From assembly GCA_965197905.1 (NCBI GenBank), contig CBDAOB010000005.1, forward strand, positions 64,001-128,000: a DNA stretch of 64,000 nt, read 5' to 3'. The notes under the pieces were generated by a model. That model searched no databases. It worked only from the letters and a program-made list of their open reading frames with translations, and was not told the DNA's origin. The stretch's first letter is position 1. Each line of letters begins with the position of its first letter. This document shows positions 18,270 through 29,562 of this stretch, one piece after another. This DNA comes from Candidatus Latescibacterota bacterium (GTDB lineage: Bacteria; Latescibacterota; UBA2968; UBA8231). A program made the position numbers and the translations under genes.

Positions 18270-20944
18270 ATGCGCCGAATCAAAGAGAAGATCCTGATTG
18301 TCCGGTTCGCCCTCGTTCCGAGTTTCCTGGCATTTCTCGCCATGCCCGCCACGGCTCAAACCATTTTCGAGGACGCGACCGCCAATTCCATAGGCGTACT
18401 GAGTTTCCCACCCGCGGGTATGGTGTTTGCAGACTACAACAACGACGGGCGCCCAGATCTCTTTCTTGCGAGCGGGGCCGGATTTGGCCAAGGCGACCGT
18501 ATCGCTCTCATGAACAATCTGGGGAACGGCCGTTTCGCAAATCACACACCGCAAATGGAATTGGCTATCGACGTTGGCCTCGGCGACGGTGCCGCTTTCG
18601 CCGACTACGACAACGATGGGGACCTTGACGCATTCCTGACTATTGGCTCTATAAACCAGTCGGGCCGAGACCTGCTTTTGCGCAACGACCGCGGCCCGTT
18701 TCACCCAGTCTCGCTGGAAGCGGGCCTTGTCGACAGCCTGCCGACCGAAAACGCCATCTGGCTCGATTACGACCGCGATGGACATCTGGATCTGTACTTG
18801 GGCCACTGGTCGATCGAGGACAGACCGGATCTACGCAACCGGCTGTGGCGCAATCAGGGCGACGGTAGCTTCACGGATGTTACGGAGGATGCGGGATTGG
18901 ATGTGCAGCTGCATCCGAGTGGGGGAGGCAGCGCCCACGGCATGGTTGGCGCCGATTTCAACAACGATGGCTGGCCGGATCTTTATCTCGCCGTCTGGCA
19001 GGGGGCAAACCGTATGTTCCTCAACACCGGAGAGGGACGATTCTTCGACGCCACGACCACCGAGATTGGTGATCCAGGCAGGGCGTTTGGTGCTGCCGTC
19101 GGGGACGTCGACAACGATGGCGATCTCGATCTATTCCATGCCAGCGGTGCCAGCATTGGTTCTCCCGTTCCGTCCCGCTCGCTGATGCTGTTGAACCTGG
19201 GCGACGCAACCTACCTGGATGTCACCGAGGGTGTGGGGCTGGGGGACACCTACGCGCTGGACGTCACCGGTCCCGGATTGCAGGACATCGACAACGACGG
19301 TGATCTGGACCTGCTGATCGCCTCTCCTCAGTTTTTGTTCCTCAACGACGGACAGGGTCTGTTCGAAAATCACACGGAGCTGTCGGGATTGGCGCCGTCG
19401 ACCATTCCCCTATCGGTACCGCCCGTCTTCGGAGATTACGATGGCGATGGCTTCCTCGACCTGATCTTTACCGAGGGCAAGCTCTATCGCAATCGAGGCA
19501 ATACCAACCACTGGCTGCGGGTCGAGCTCGTGGGCACCGAAAGCAACCGCAGCGCCATCGGAAGCCGGATCTTTGCCACGTCCGGCGGGCGCAGGCAGAT
19601 GCGTGAGATTCTGGGCGGGAACGGCTTCTCGCAAGACGAGTTCGTGGCACACTTCGGTCTTGGCGAAATTACTACTGTGGATACCCTGGAGATTCACTGG
19701 CCTTCCGGCACTGTGGATCACTTGTTCGACGTCGTTGCCGACCAGAAAATCCGCGCGTTCGAGGGCCGTCCGTGGTACCACTTCGTGACCCCCTCGGAGT
19801 GGGAACACAATATTCCGGATACCGTTTTGTCAGCGACCGTTGTCGAAATTTCGGCTACGGTTCGCCCTGCTTTGTTTGAGCCCGACGCCAAGGTCAACAA
19901 CGTGTCAGCGGATTTGAGCGCCATCGGGGGTCCCAGCCTGATACAACTCGACGCCCAGAATGACGGTAGCTTTCGATTGGAAACGGTCGTGGAGGTGAAT
20001 GGAGAGGTAGGCTCGAACCTCCTCTTTTTTCGGATCGAACAAGCAACGTTCCTCGGCCCCTATTGGACCGAGTTGTCACGTCGGGTAATCCTGAGGTCTC
20101 CGGGCGCGGACCTGGTGCTTTTTGGAGACGAGCCGGCGGAGATCGTGCGTTTGGTAATACTCGAGGGGCACTTTTCCGACGCAGCAGAATCTCAGGAGGC
20201 GTTCGAGGGAACCGTGTCAGTTGCATTGGAGAGTGTCGACCCCATGGGATCCGCATTTCTATTCGAACTATCGGATCCGGTTTCGCCTGCGGACTACTCC
20301 GCTCTACACTTTGCGTTTCATCCAGGCACCGCGACGGTTTCTGAGTCACCACATGACGCAGGCGGTCCACCAGGGGATCGCCACCTCCCACAGGGGGCGC
20401 CGGATCGCCGTTTGCAGTCGGGTTTGAAGGAGAGGAGGGAATGCACTTCGTAGAGTTCGGCGAGCAGGTGGATCTGGAGCTGAAAGCCTGGCAGGAGGTG
20501 AATATTCCCTTGGCAACGGATGAGATTCTGGCACTGGGTCCTATCTCGGTATTCTTCTTCGGTTTTGCTTTGGATGGGCAGTTTTTCATCGATGATATCC
20601 GGCTGGTCGGCCGAGCCGAATCCGTGACCGCGGTGTCTCAAGAAGCAGCCAGTGCCCGACCACTACGATTAGACTTGGCGCAGAACTACCCCAATCCGTT
20701 CAACAGCGAGACCGTGATCCGCTTCATTTTGCCCCGGCGCGGCGAGGTAAATCTGGAGATCTACAACCTGGCGGGCCAGCGGGTAGCGAGATTGGCGGAC
20801 GGAGTGCGCGAAGCTGGAGTCCATACCATTCGCTGGGATGGAGCGGATGAGCATGGTCGTCCGCTGGGCAGCGGCGTGTATCTGTATCGGTTGCGTGCTG
20901 GCGATAGGAATCACGAAACCCGGAAACTCCTGCTCTTGCGATAA
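18270..20944 (+). pseudogene. CRTAC1/ASPIC-UnbV family FG-GAP protein with FlgD-Ig-type C-terminal domain, split by one frameshift (real or assembly error)
   Basis: DYNNDGRPDL repeats; NHWLRVELVG..SNRSAIG..HFGLG..IHWPSG (ASPIC/UnbV); second ORF 20441-20944 has QNYPNPFN..IYNLAGQ..WDG..SGVYLYRL; adding one G to GGGG at 20373-20376 joins the frames. Confidence 0.75.
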
Positions 20945-21112
20945 CCACCGAGCAGCTGAAGTAGCAAACACTCAGCGTTCCGCATACCAATTTGCACCGA
21001 GTAATCTTGGTTGATTCGCTCCCCGCGATTCGACTTTCTATATTCTGCATCAGCACAGCAGTGAAGCTCGTCTTGGGCTAAAGTGTTGACTACCAGGCAG
21101 GGAGATGAAGCC

Positions 21113-21994
21113 ATGATACCGAAACTTCCGTTCGGATCTACCGGCCACCACAGCACCCGCACGCTCTTCGGCGGTGCCGCCTTCAAGAGGGATTCCGGAC
21201 CTAAAGAAGCGGAGCGCGGGATCGCGATGCTGCTCGAGCACGGCGTCAACCATATCGACACCGCCCGCAGTTACGGCGGTGGCAACGCCGAGACCCTCAT
21301 CGGCACCTGGATGGGGGAGCACCGGGGCAAGTTCTTCCTGGCTACCAAAACCGGTGAGCGGACCAGAGAAGGTGCGGAGAAGGAGCTCGCCACCTCCTTC
21401 GAGCAGCTGCAAACAGACCGGATCGACCTGATCCAGATGCACGGCCTTACCGGCGAAGAAGACTGGGCCACGGCGATGGGCGCCGACGGGGCACTAGAGG
21501 CGCTGGTTGAGGCGCGAGATCGCGGCCAGGTTCGGTTTATCGGGGTGACGGGACATGGTCTGGTGGCGCCCAGCATGCATGCGAAGAGCCTGGAGCGTTT
21601 TCCGTTCGACTCGGTTCTGTTTCCCTACAACTACGTGCTGGCGCAAGACACCGAATATTTGGAAGACGTCCAGCGCTTGGTCGAGCTATGCGCCGAACGT
21701 CAGGTGGCGGTGCAGATCATCAAGTCGATCGCCCGACGACCCTGGGGCGAGCGGGAACGCACCCGCGACCCATGGTACGAGCCGCTGGAGGAGCCGGAGG
21801 ATGTTCAGCGGGCCGTAGACTTCGTCTTTGACCTGGGCGACGTGTTCATCAATACCGTGTCCGATCTGAACGTCCTGCCGCTGGTTCTCGAGGCGGCAGG
21901 CCATGCGGGTCCCTGCCCGCCGGACGCGGAAATGGCGGAAATGGCGTTGCGCATGGAGATGGCCACGATCTTCGAGCAGCGCGAGACCGTATAG
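21113..21994 (+). CDS. Aldo/keto reductase
   Basis: GVNHIDTARSYG, FLATKT, LQTDRIDLIQMH, VRFIGVTGH. Confidence 0.92.
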   Translation: MIPKLPFGSTGHHSTRTLFGGAAFKRDSGPKEAERGIAMLLEHGVNHIDTARSYGGGNAETLIGTWMGEHRGKFFLATKTGERTREGAEKELATSFEQLQTDRIDLIQMHGLTGEEDWATAMGADGALEALVEARDRGQVRFIGVTGHGLVAPSMHAKSLERFPFDSVLFPYNYVLAQDTEYLEDVQRLVELCAERQVAVQIIKSIARRPWGERERTRDPWYEPLEEPEDVQRAVDFVFDLGDVFINTVSDLNVLPLVLEAAGHAGPCPPDAEMAEMALRMEMATIFEQRETV

Positions 21995-22003
21995 ACCATC
22001 TTT

Positions 22004-22049
22004 GGAAGCCGGGGGGCTCGGTGACAGCAGAGACGAGCCCCCAGGCTCC
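22004..22049. terminator. GC-rich hairpin between convergent genes
   Basis: GCCGGGGGGCTCG ... CGAGCCCCCAGGC inverted repeat. Confidence 0.45.
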
Positions 22050-22055
22050 TCGTGC

Positions 22056-23596
22056 CTACACCTGGTAGGCAAACACCTTGGCCTGGAACATCCTTATGCG
22101 AATTGCGACCATGTCGCCGATCTCAGACAGGTCGCTCTTTCCGTTCCACGTAACGACCTGATCGACCGTATCCCCCCTCAGGATATCGCATTCATCAAAG
22201 GTCAGGCCGGCGACCGGATCCACGTCCGGGTGAATCCGCGATGGGATGAGACGCAAGATCTCGACCTTGATCCACCCGCCCGGTCGGCAGCGGTAGTTAA
22301 GCCGCAGCTGGTCCGCGGTTCGCGTTACGGTCGGGATGGTGAATCGACCTTCGACCTTCGTCTCTAATCCACAGAATCGATGCGGGCGCCAGCGCGCCCA
22401 CTGTGCAGCCCCGTTTGGCCGCCATAGAGCGCACCCCAGAAGCCGTCGGGTAGTTCCGCGAGGCCGCTGCCCCACGGTTGAACCATCGCCGAATCTGTCG
22501 CTCCCGGTCCCCCCACTGGAATAATCGGCTTGCGCTCGGGGCGCTGCCATATCAGGCCGTCACGGCTGATGGCGAGCTGGCAATCCATATGGTCGGTGGC
22601 GTGATGGTAAGCCTGCACCAACATGCAGTGCAGATCATCCCCACCCGGATACGGAAAGTAGTCGCCACCATAGAAGGAGAGGTCCGGCTCGTCCTGGCCG
22701 TCGGGGAAGATGAGGAGTTTGGGAGCGGGCCAATTCCAAAAATCCTTGGTTCGGGTCAGACCAATCGCCCGGTGGAAGATACCGTCCTCCGAAACGCCGC
22801 TGCCCACAAGTTCGAACTGTTCCTGGGGTACCCCCCTGAATGCGGCAGTAGGCATAATAGTAGCCGGAGCGTTCGTCGTATCGCACCGCGAGTCCCCCAT
22901 CCATCGGAAAATTCGCCAATACCTTGTCGGACCTCCTCCAGTGGATGCGATCGGGTGAGGTCCACCCGATTACCCGGCCTTTGAGAATCAGTAGGGGCCT
23001 TTGTACGCCGGTCCCAGGTATTCCTGATCCGCCCACCACTTCTGGATATATTCATCGTCGACCTCCTCGCCTTCGTTGGCGACCTCCCCGGTCTCCGAGT
23101 TGATCAGTCCCCCCTGGCATCCCATCCCCTTGAAGCGTTCCTCCGGAGGAGCGGTTGGATCCTCGCATACCGCCTTGAGCATATCGCCCCCTACCTCCGT
23201 GACCAGATTGTTCTCTTTGGATCCGTTCTTCTCGATGATGCCCAAGGCAGGGCGAGTCCACTTGTAGCCATCTTCACTAACGGCATAGGCGACGTGTTTA
23301 CCCTCATAGTAGAGCAGCTGGTAGCCGTCGTCCGCTTTCCAAACCCGGACGGTATTGCTCAAATCTTCGGCATCGCCATCGAATTCGAGGGGATCCGATT
23401 TGTCTGCTTCCTCTATCGCCAGGCGAACGCCGATCGGCGCATCGTAGAGCTCGAAGGCACCGCTCCGGTCTACGGCACGATGCCCCGGAAACACGTCGGT
23501 GAGATCGACCAGCGGCCGCCAGGTGCCGGAGTTTTTTCTCGGTCTGACCCAATCCCCCGGAAAATAGCCTCTTCCATCCTTCCATCCGTTGTTCAT
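22056..23596 (-). pseudogene. Five-bladed beta-propeller (GH32/GH43-like) hypothetical protein broken across four ORF pieces
   Basis: Asp-box-like motifs YAVSEDGYKW, TSPDRIHW, AISRDGLIWQRP spread over ORFs 22988-23596, 22635-23039, 22364-22900 and 22056-22550; junctions at 22994-22997, 22831-22836 and ~22400. Confidence 0.75.
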
Positions 23597-23637
23597 CTAG
23601 ATCTTGTCTCCGTTCTTATTAGGTTCCGTTCCACCAT

Positions 23638-24069
23638 CTATGCTGAAGGAGGGCTGACCGTTTCAGCCTTGCCGCGCAGCATCGCCGCAATGGCGACGCC
23701 GCCTATTCCCTGCTCGACCATATGCCAGACGGCATCCACAAGGATAAGCTCGCCCATAGCTCCATACTCGACGCCGTGCAAAACAACAGCGTGGGGCAGG
23801 ACCCAGAGGAGCCCCATGACCGCGCCGAAACGCAGGCCTTCGCTGACGGCACCGCCACCTCCGTAGCCCTTGGGAAAGATGTAAGCCATCAGGAATCCGA
23901 GGATCAGGTAGCCGAGGACAATGAACTGTAATTTTGGTTCCTGCAACGGGGCTGCTACGCTGTGTTCATCGTAGAAACTGCTCATAATCGACATGTGCCA
24001 GAGGCCACCGAGAAGGAACATAACTAAGCCACCCCCGATCGCCGCGGCAGCGAGCTTTCCGTAGTTCAT
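23638..24069 (-). CDS. Four-TM membrane protein (DUF1761-like)
   Basis: Four hydrophobic segments; GGLWH motif; RBS GGAG. Confidence 0.65.
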   Translation of the reverse strand: MNYGKLAAAAIGGGLVMFLLGGLWHMSIMSSFYDEHSVAAPLQEPKLQFIVLGYLILGFLMAYIFPKGYGGGGAVSEGLRFGAVMGLLWVLPHAVVLHGVEYGAMGELILVDAVWHMVEQGIGGVAIAAMLRGKAETVSPPSA

Positions 24070-24207
24070 GATAGAACTCCCTGTTTTGATGGACGGATTC
24101 GACCATACTATACTTCTGATACAGCCTGAAGGCTATAGAAATCTGAACCGGGCGTTCGCCGCCATATGGCAGGGCACTTCGGCGCCACTCGTTCGACGGA
24201 GGACGCA

Positions 24208-24651
24208 TTGAGGTACTTCGCATTCGGATCCAACATGGGAACCGAGCAGATGAAGGAGCGCGGCGTCCGCTTCTCGAAGCGACTAGCTGCCGTATTGGAT
24301 GGGTGGCGCATGGAATTTAGCAAGCAGGCCGCCAGGAACCCGCTTGAGGGTTTTGCCAATATTGTGCCGGATCCAGCCAACCGCGTCGAAGGTGTTCTGT
24401 ATGAGATGGAAGCTGAAGATCTGGCGAAGCTCGATGTCTACGAAGGCTACCCCGACCATTACACCCGACGGGAAATTGTCGTTTCCTGCAGTGGGCGGCA
24501 GGAAACAGCCGTTGTCTGCATCGCCCATCCGGACAAGATGAAGGCCGGATTGCAACCGTCGTCCGAATATCTGGACCGCATCCAGAACGGAAGCGATCTG
24601 CTCTCCGATGCGTACCGCGACCAACTGTCGAACTGGGAGTCCATCGATTGA
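24208..24651 (+). CDS. Gamma-glutamylcyclotransferase family protein
   Basis: YFAFGSNM, VEGVLYE, LDVYEGYP, PSSEYL; RBS GGAGG before TTG. Confidence 0.9.
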   Translation: MRYFAFGSNMGTEQMKERGVRFSKRLAAVLDGWRMEFSKQAARNPLEGFANIVPDPANRVEGVLYEMEAEDLAKLDVYEGYPDHYTRREIVVSCSGRQETAVVCIAHPDKMKAGLQPSSEYLDRIQNGSDLLSDAYRDQLSNWESID

Positions 24652-24685
24652 TCGCGTCTCTCCATAAACCGGTCTCCGGGTAGAA

Positions 24686-25606
24686 ATGCAACGCATCGTA
24701 TCGCTGCTTCCCAGCAGCACTGAAATCGTTTGTGCCCTCGGCTGTGAGGAAAATCTCGTCGGTCGCTCCCATGAGTGTGATTTTTCAACGTCCGTGCGCA
24801 AGCTTCCCGTCTGTACCGAACCCAAGTTTGATCCGGATGGCACCAGCTACGAAATCGACCAACGGGTGAAGGCTATTCTGCAGGAAGCGGTTTCGGTATA
24901 CCGCGTCGACGCCGACCTGCTGGATGAGCTGTCACCCGACCTACTGGTGACCCAGTCTCAGTGCGAGGTCTGCGCGGTGAGCCTCGAGGAAGTGGAGGAA
25001 GCGGCCTGCAAACTGCTGCATTCAAACCCGTCGATCGTTGCTCTGGAGCCCCGACGGCTGGAGGATCTTTGGAATGATATTGCCACCGTTGCGGCAGCGC
25101 TAGATCTGCCAGATCGAGGCAGCGATCTCGTCAAGCGACTGAAGCTCAGGCTCGACCACATCTCCGCGTCGGTTAGCCACGTCCGTCGGCCGCGGGTCGC
25201 CTGCATCGAATGGTTCGATCCGCTCATGGCAGCGGGAAACTGGATGCCCGAATTGGTAGAGCTTGCCGGCGGCAGCAGCCTCTTCGGTGAGGCCGGCAAA
25301 CATTCTCCGTGGATGGAGTGGCAGGTCCTGGCCGGGCACGATCCCGAGATTGTTCTGCTTTTGCCCTGCGGATTCGACATGGAAACCTGCCGGCGTGAAA
25401 TGAGTTCACTGACACAACGTCCGGAGTGGTACGAGCTGGAGGCGGTCCGCACCGGAAGTGTGTATGTGACTGACGGCAATCAGTATTTCAATCGCCCCGG
25501 ACCGCGGCTGGTGGAGTCGGCCGAGATCATAGCTGAGATTCTCCATCCCGATCTCTTACCCGCCCAACATGAAGGCACCGGGTGGCAGCGGCTCGAGATG
25601 CTCTGA
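24686..25606 (+). CDS. Cobalamin/Fe-siderophore-type binding protein (BtuF-like), no evident signal peptide
   Basis: RIVSLLPSSTEIVCALG, GRSHECD, YFNRPGPRLVES. Confidence 0.85.
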   Translation: MQRIVSLLPSSTEIVCALGCEENLVGRSHECDFSTSVRKLPVCTEPKFDPDGTSYEIDQRVKAILQEAVSVYRVDADLLDELSPDLLVTQSQCEVCAVSLEEVEEAACKLLHSNPSIVALEPRRLEDLWNDIATVAAALDLPDRGSDLVKRLKLRLDHISASVSHVRRPRVACIEWFDPLMAAGNWMPELVELAGGSSLFGEAGKHSPWMEWQVLAGHDPEIVLLLPCGFDMETCRREMSSLTQRPEWYELEAVRTGSVYVTDGNQYFNRPGPRLVESAEIIAEILHPDLLPAQHEGTGWQRLEML

Positions 25607-26016
25607 TGAAAACGAGAGGTTACGTAGGCTGGGGGCTGCTCTTTGCAGCCGCGTTATGGAGCGGGTGTGGCGACGATGACAACCCGATGGCTCCGGGGAC
25701 CGAGCTTGTTGGATCGTGGATTCTGGTTTCGTCCAACGAGCTGAACGCCGAGAGCGTCGCACGCGTTCAACCGCGGCTCACCTTCGAGGCCGACGGAACG
25801 ATGACCATCACGCGGACGCTCGACGGGGTTGTCACCGAGGACACGCGCCGCTGGAGGGTCGTTACGGAGGGGGCCCTCGAAGAAACCTTGACGATTGACG
25901 GGCAGGAAGTGGTGCGGACCTGGCAGTACACTCTGGAAGGTGGGACTCTAACATTGCTGCACGAGGGTGACGACGGAGAGACGCGTTTTCTGGAGGTGTA
26001 CGAGAGAGGCAGTTGA
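25606..26016 (+). CDS. Lipocalin-like lipoprotein
   Basis: Lipobox WSGC followed by GDDDNP; LVGSW motif; TGATG coupling to the upstream gene. Confidence 0.75.
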   Translation: MKTRGYVGWGLLFAAALWSGCGDDDNPMAPGTELVGSWILVSSNELNAESVARVQPRLTFEADGTMTITRTLDGVVTEDTRRWRVVTEGALEETLTIDGQEVVRTWQYTLEGGTLTLLHEGDDGETRFLEVYERGS

Positions 26017-26127
26017 GACATTCTGCTCGACTGGCAGCTGTCATCGGGATCGCGGCGCCGAGTGGCACGTGCATTGCATTCCATGATGCATAAGGCCGAC
26101 ATCGGCCTAACCGCAAGGAGGTGGGTA

Positions 26128-26334
26128 ATGGATGTATTCCAGCCCGGAGACACGGTGGCATTCACCTGCAGCAGCGATCGAATCGTCGGACAGGTGGAAG
26201 AGATCAGAGACGGTCACGAGGGGAATTTTTTGCTCGTGGTGAGGCAGGGTCTTCCGCTATTGGGATCGCGTTACGTGGTTCTTTCGAGCTACGCAAAGAA
26301 ACTCGCCGCCAGACAGGCTCCCCGGGTCGCCTGA
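26128..26334 (+). CDS. Small hypothetical protein (SH3/KOW-like)
   Basis: RBS AAGGAGGT; FQPGDTV..GQVEEI pattern. Confidence 0.45.
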   Translation: MDVFQPGDTVAFTCSSDRIVGQVEEIRDGHEGNFLLVVRQGLPLLGSRYVVLSSYAKKLAARQAPRVA

Positions 26335-26344
26335 GCGGTTTTCC

Positions 26345-28528
26345 CTAACGTCCTTCGAGGGCTTGAAAGATGACGTCCTCAACCTCGGCCTTGCGGAACG
26401 GTTTCTCCAGACGCCAGTCGAACTCACGCAGGCGGGGATCGTCGGCCGTTATGCCCCATCCGGTGGACAGCACGGTGACAAGGTGCGGATCGATCTGTTT
26501 CAAGGTGCGCGCCAACTCGTCGCCCGGGACTCCAGGCATTCCCAAGTCAATCACCGCTACATCCCAACATCCCGGTTCGAACTGCGCCTGGGCCTCGCGA
26601 GGATCTAGAAAAGTCGCCACCTCGTGGTCCTTCGATAGGAAACTCGAGATAATCTGGCACACAGCCGGCTCATCGTCGACGACGAGAACCCGGCCCCGTG
26701 CAGAGCGATCAATCTCCCCAGGCGGCTCCGGGCGATCCTCGGTGACAGTAGGCTCCTTCCACATCGGAAGGAAGATCTCGAACTCAGCGCCTTGACCCGG
26801 AGAGCTCCGGACACTGATACGGCCACCCCATCGGTTCAGGGTATCTTGAACCGTGGTCAGTCCCAATCCGCTGCCCACACTGCTTTTGGTGGTGAATAGC
26901 GGCTCGAAGATCCGTCTTTTCGTCTCCTCGTGCAGTCCGATGCCCGTATCGCGAATTATGAGCTGGACACCATCATCCGTCGGCCTGGTGACAATGGTGA
27001 TGCTGCCCCCGTCGGGCATGGCATCGACGGCATTGAGGAGGAGATTGGTCAGCATGTCGAAGGTCTCGGACTCAGTGCCACCTATGGCGGGAACCTCCTC
27101 CAGCTGCATATCCACACGTATCGCAATGCCCTCAGCTTCAGAATGGTCTTTCCACCTGGGCCTCGTTCCTTCTACGGCCTGTTCCACGATCTCGTTGAGG
27201 ATCACGGGATACAGATGGCTGAGATCCTCTCGACGCGCGGATCCACGCAGGCGCTTCACCAGCTCGTTGGCGCGCAGGGTGGCGGAAATAACCAGATCGA
27301 TTTCCTCTTCTACGATCGGATCCAGGTTGTGCAGCTTGGTCAGCTCGGCGTGCCCGAGGATCGCTGTCAGCATGTTGTTGAAGTTGTGAGCGATGCCTTC
27401 GGCCATTTCTCCGATAGCGCGCACGCGCTCCATACGGACCCACTCTCTCGCGTGATCTTGAGCCTCCTTGAAGAGGCGGGCGTGGTCGATGGAGATGGCC
27501 ACCTGTCCCAGTAGGGGACGCATGGCATCGATACGGTGCAGGATCTCCTCCTTCTGTTCGGGAGGACTGGCGGTGGCCATCACCGCCAGAACCCGGTCGT
27601 CTTTCTTGACCGGAATGAAATAGGAGACCTTGTTGTCGGAGTTCTTCGAGAGGTCGACTTTCGCGTCGAAGCGCTCATCCCAACCGTCGAGGACCTGCAG
27701 CTCTCCTGTGCGTGCGGTCAGTGCGGTGATGTTGGCATCGTCCAGGTCGTAGCGCAGCCCGATCACGTCAGATGATGTCATCACAACCGTGCCGGGCACG
27801 ACGCGACCATCCTCGTATCGGCAGATGAAGCTGCGCACCACCTCGACGCTGTGGGTAGCCTCGTCCACCAGTGCCACCATCAGGCTGCGAAAGATACCCG
27901 CTTTCACGATCTGCTGGGCCAGACTGTCCAGCACCTGGTCGAGATTGAGGGAGGCCGCCGCCATGTCACCGATGGCCTGCAGAGCACTCAGAAGCCGGCT
28001 TTTCTCCTCGAGGGTCTCGTTCACGTTCTGGAGTTCCGCGGCCTGTTTTTTTAACATCACCTCGGTCTGCTTGCGGTCGGTAATGTCGATCAACTGCACC
28101 TGGATGGCGCGTTTATCCCCATACATCACCGGTACGTTGTTAACCTCCACCACCTGGAGCTCCTTGTCTTTCCTGACAAGAACTAATTCGTACGGCGGGA
28201 TGTGCTCGCCAGCCATTCTCCTGCGGATATTGTCTCCCATCAACGCCCTGTCCTCTTCCTTGAAGAGCTCCATGACATCGAAATCGGGACTTATCACCTC
28301 CTCTATCTCGTACCCGGTGATGTCGGCGAGGCGCTGGTTGCAGAATACAAGAGGCTCCCCCGGGATGTAGAGACCCAGCCCCACAACCGAGTTCTCTACC
28401 AGGGTGAGGTAGAGGTCGTCGGTCCGGCGTTCCAAGACGGGCCCGGCTGCCTCGTCCTGCCGGTGCCGGCTCCGGCGGCCGGGGGGTGTCTGGTCTGATG
28501 CGGCCATACTCTGTTTTTCCGTGCTCAT
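26345..28528 (-). CDS. Hybrid sensor histidine kinase (PAS-GAF-HisKA-HATPase-REC)
   Basis: GIAHNFNNML H-box, NLLLNAVDAM, DTGIG, FEPLFTTK, GSGLGL, RVLVVDDE, DLGMPG; start uncertain (28507-28576). Confidence 0.93.
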   Translation of the reverse strand: MSTEKQSMAASDQTPPGRRSRHRQDEAAGPVLERRTDDLYLTLVENSVVGLGLYIPGEPLVFCNQRLADITGYEIEEVISPDFDVMELFKEEDRALMGDNIRRRMAGEHIPPYELVLVRKDKELQVVEVNNVPVMYGDKRAIQVQLIDITDRKQTEVMLKKQAAELQNVNETLEEKSRLLSALQAIGDMAAASLNLDQVLDSLAQQIVKAGIFRSLMVALVDEATHSVEVVRSFICRYEDGRVVPGTVVMTSSDVIGLRYDLDDANITALTARTGELQVLDGWDERFDAKVDLSKNSDNKVSYFIPVKKDDRVLAVMATASPPEQKEEILHRIDAMRPLLGQVAISIDHARLFKEAQDHAREWVRMERVRAIGEMAEGIAHNFNNMLTAILGHAELTKLHNLDPIVEEEIDLVISATLRANELVKRLRGSARREDLSHLYPVILNEIVEQAVEGTRPRWKDHSEAEGIAIRVDMQLEEVPAIGGTESETFDMLTNLLLNAVDAMPDGGSITIVTRPTDDGVQLIIRDTGIGLHEETKRRIFEPLFTTKSSVGSGLGLTTVQDTLNRWGGRISVRSSPGQGAEFEIFLPMWKEPTVTEDRPEPPGEIDRSARGRVLVVDDEPAVCQIISSFLSKDHEVATFLDPREAQAQFEPGCWDVAVIDLGMPGVPGDELARTLKQIDPHLVTVLSTGWGITADDPRLREFDWRLEKPFRKAEVEDVIFQALEGR

Positions 28529-28542
28529 CGAGTGTGCCGTTT

Positions 28543-29412
28543 CTATCGTAGACTCTCGAAGACGATGGACAACCACCGATTGTCATCGACGAACCCCTGG
28601 CCCCAGGAGGACCATTCGTCTGGAACACCGCCGCTCTGGATCTGCTCTAACGACTTTCCAGCTGCTATTCCGGCGCGCACCAGCGCCGTAGATTCCTCGA
28701 GCATTCTCAGAAATCTCTTGAGATCGTCGTGTGTTGCCAAGTCGCCGTGCCCCGGAATGATCCGGGTGTCGGAGGGGATCTGCTGTACGAGGGCGCGCGC
28801 CGCATCGGTGTACCCAGCCACGGAACCGCCCGATCCCAGGTCGATGTACGGAAAGCGGCCGTTGAAAAAGAGGTCGCCCATGTGAACGACGTTCGATTTG
28901 GTGAAGAATACAACGCCGTCCCCATCGGTGTGGGCTTTCGGGAAATGCACCACCCGTAGCTCTTCCCCGTTGAAATGGACCGAAAGGCCTTGTCTATAGG
29001 TGATTTTCGGAAACGCAGACCGGGACAGGGGTTGGTCGTTCACCCTTCGTGCCAATAATCGGAGGCGAACATTCTCGTGCGCCACGATTACACCGCGATC
29101 GCCAAAGATCGCGTTTCCACCGGTGTGATCGCCGTGGTGATGGGTGTTAAGGATGAACACCGGAGCCGAACCACCGAGCTTTTGGATAACCGCCTGGATC
29201 TTTGCCGCCAGTGGGGTGAACTGATCGTCGATGATCAAGGCGCCATCCTCACCAATGGATAGACCGATGTTGCCTCCCCGGCCCTGCAGCATGTAAATCC
29301 CGGCCGCAACCTCGATAGGCTCAATCTGAACCTGGGAGAAGTCCCGCTGGGCTTCGGCGCTTGCGAACACCACGAGGGCGCCAAGAAGGGCAAGTTTGGG
29401 TCGATAAACCAT
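28543..29412 (-). CDS. Exported MBL-fold metallo-hydrolase (cyclase-like)
   Basis: Signal peptide; NTHHHGDHTGGN, AHTDGD, HMGD, IPGHG. Confidence 0.9.
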   Translation of the reverse strand: MVYRPKLALLGALVVFASAEAQRDFSQVQIEPIEVAAGIYMLQGRGGNIGLSIGEDGALIIDDQFTPLAAKIQAVIQKLGGSAPVFILNTHHHGDHTGGNAIFGDRGVIVAHENVRLRLLARRVNDQPLSRSAFPKITYRQGLSVHFNGEELRVVHFPKAHTDGDGVVFFTKSNVVHMGDLFFNGRFPYIDLGSGGSVAGYTDAARALVQQIPSDTRIIPGHGDLATHDDLKRFLRMLEESTALVRAGIAAGKSLEQIQSGGVPDEWSSWGQGFVDDNRWLSIVFESLR

Positions 29413-29562
29413 GGTATATCTCGAACCAGGGTTAGCTGTCGCCGGCCGGCCATTTGGCGGCCTTCGGTGAATCAACTGGTGTTGCCAAGTCAGCAAATAT
29501 ATAATACGCGTCATATCTGCGCGATCGCTAAGGATCTCGCTCACAATCTGCGGAGAATCAAA

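Noticed and set aside
22988..22990. TGA as selenocysteine
   Set aside because: No redox motif, another stop follows within six codons, and coding sense continues in a different frame
24651..24686. Cobalamin riboswitch before the BtuF-like gene
   Set aside because: The intergenic gap is only ~35 bp and no B12-box is visible
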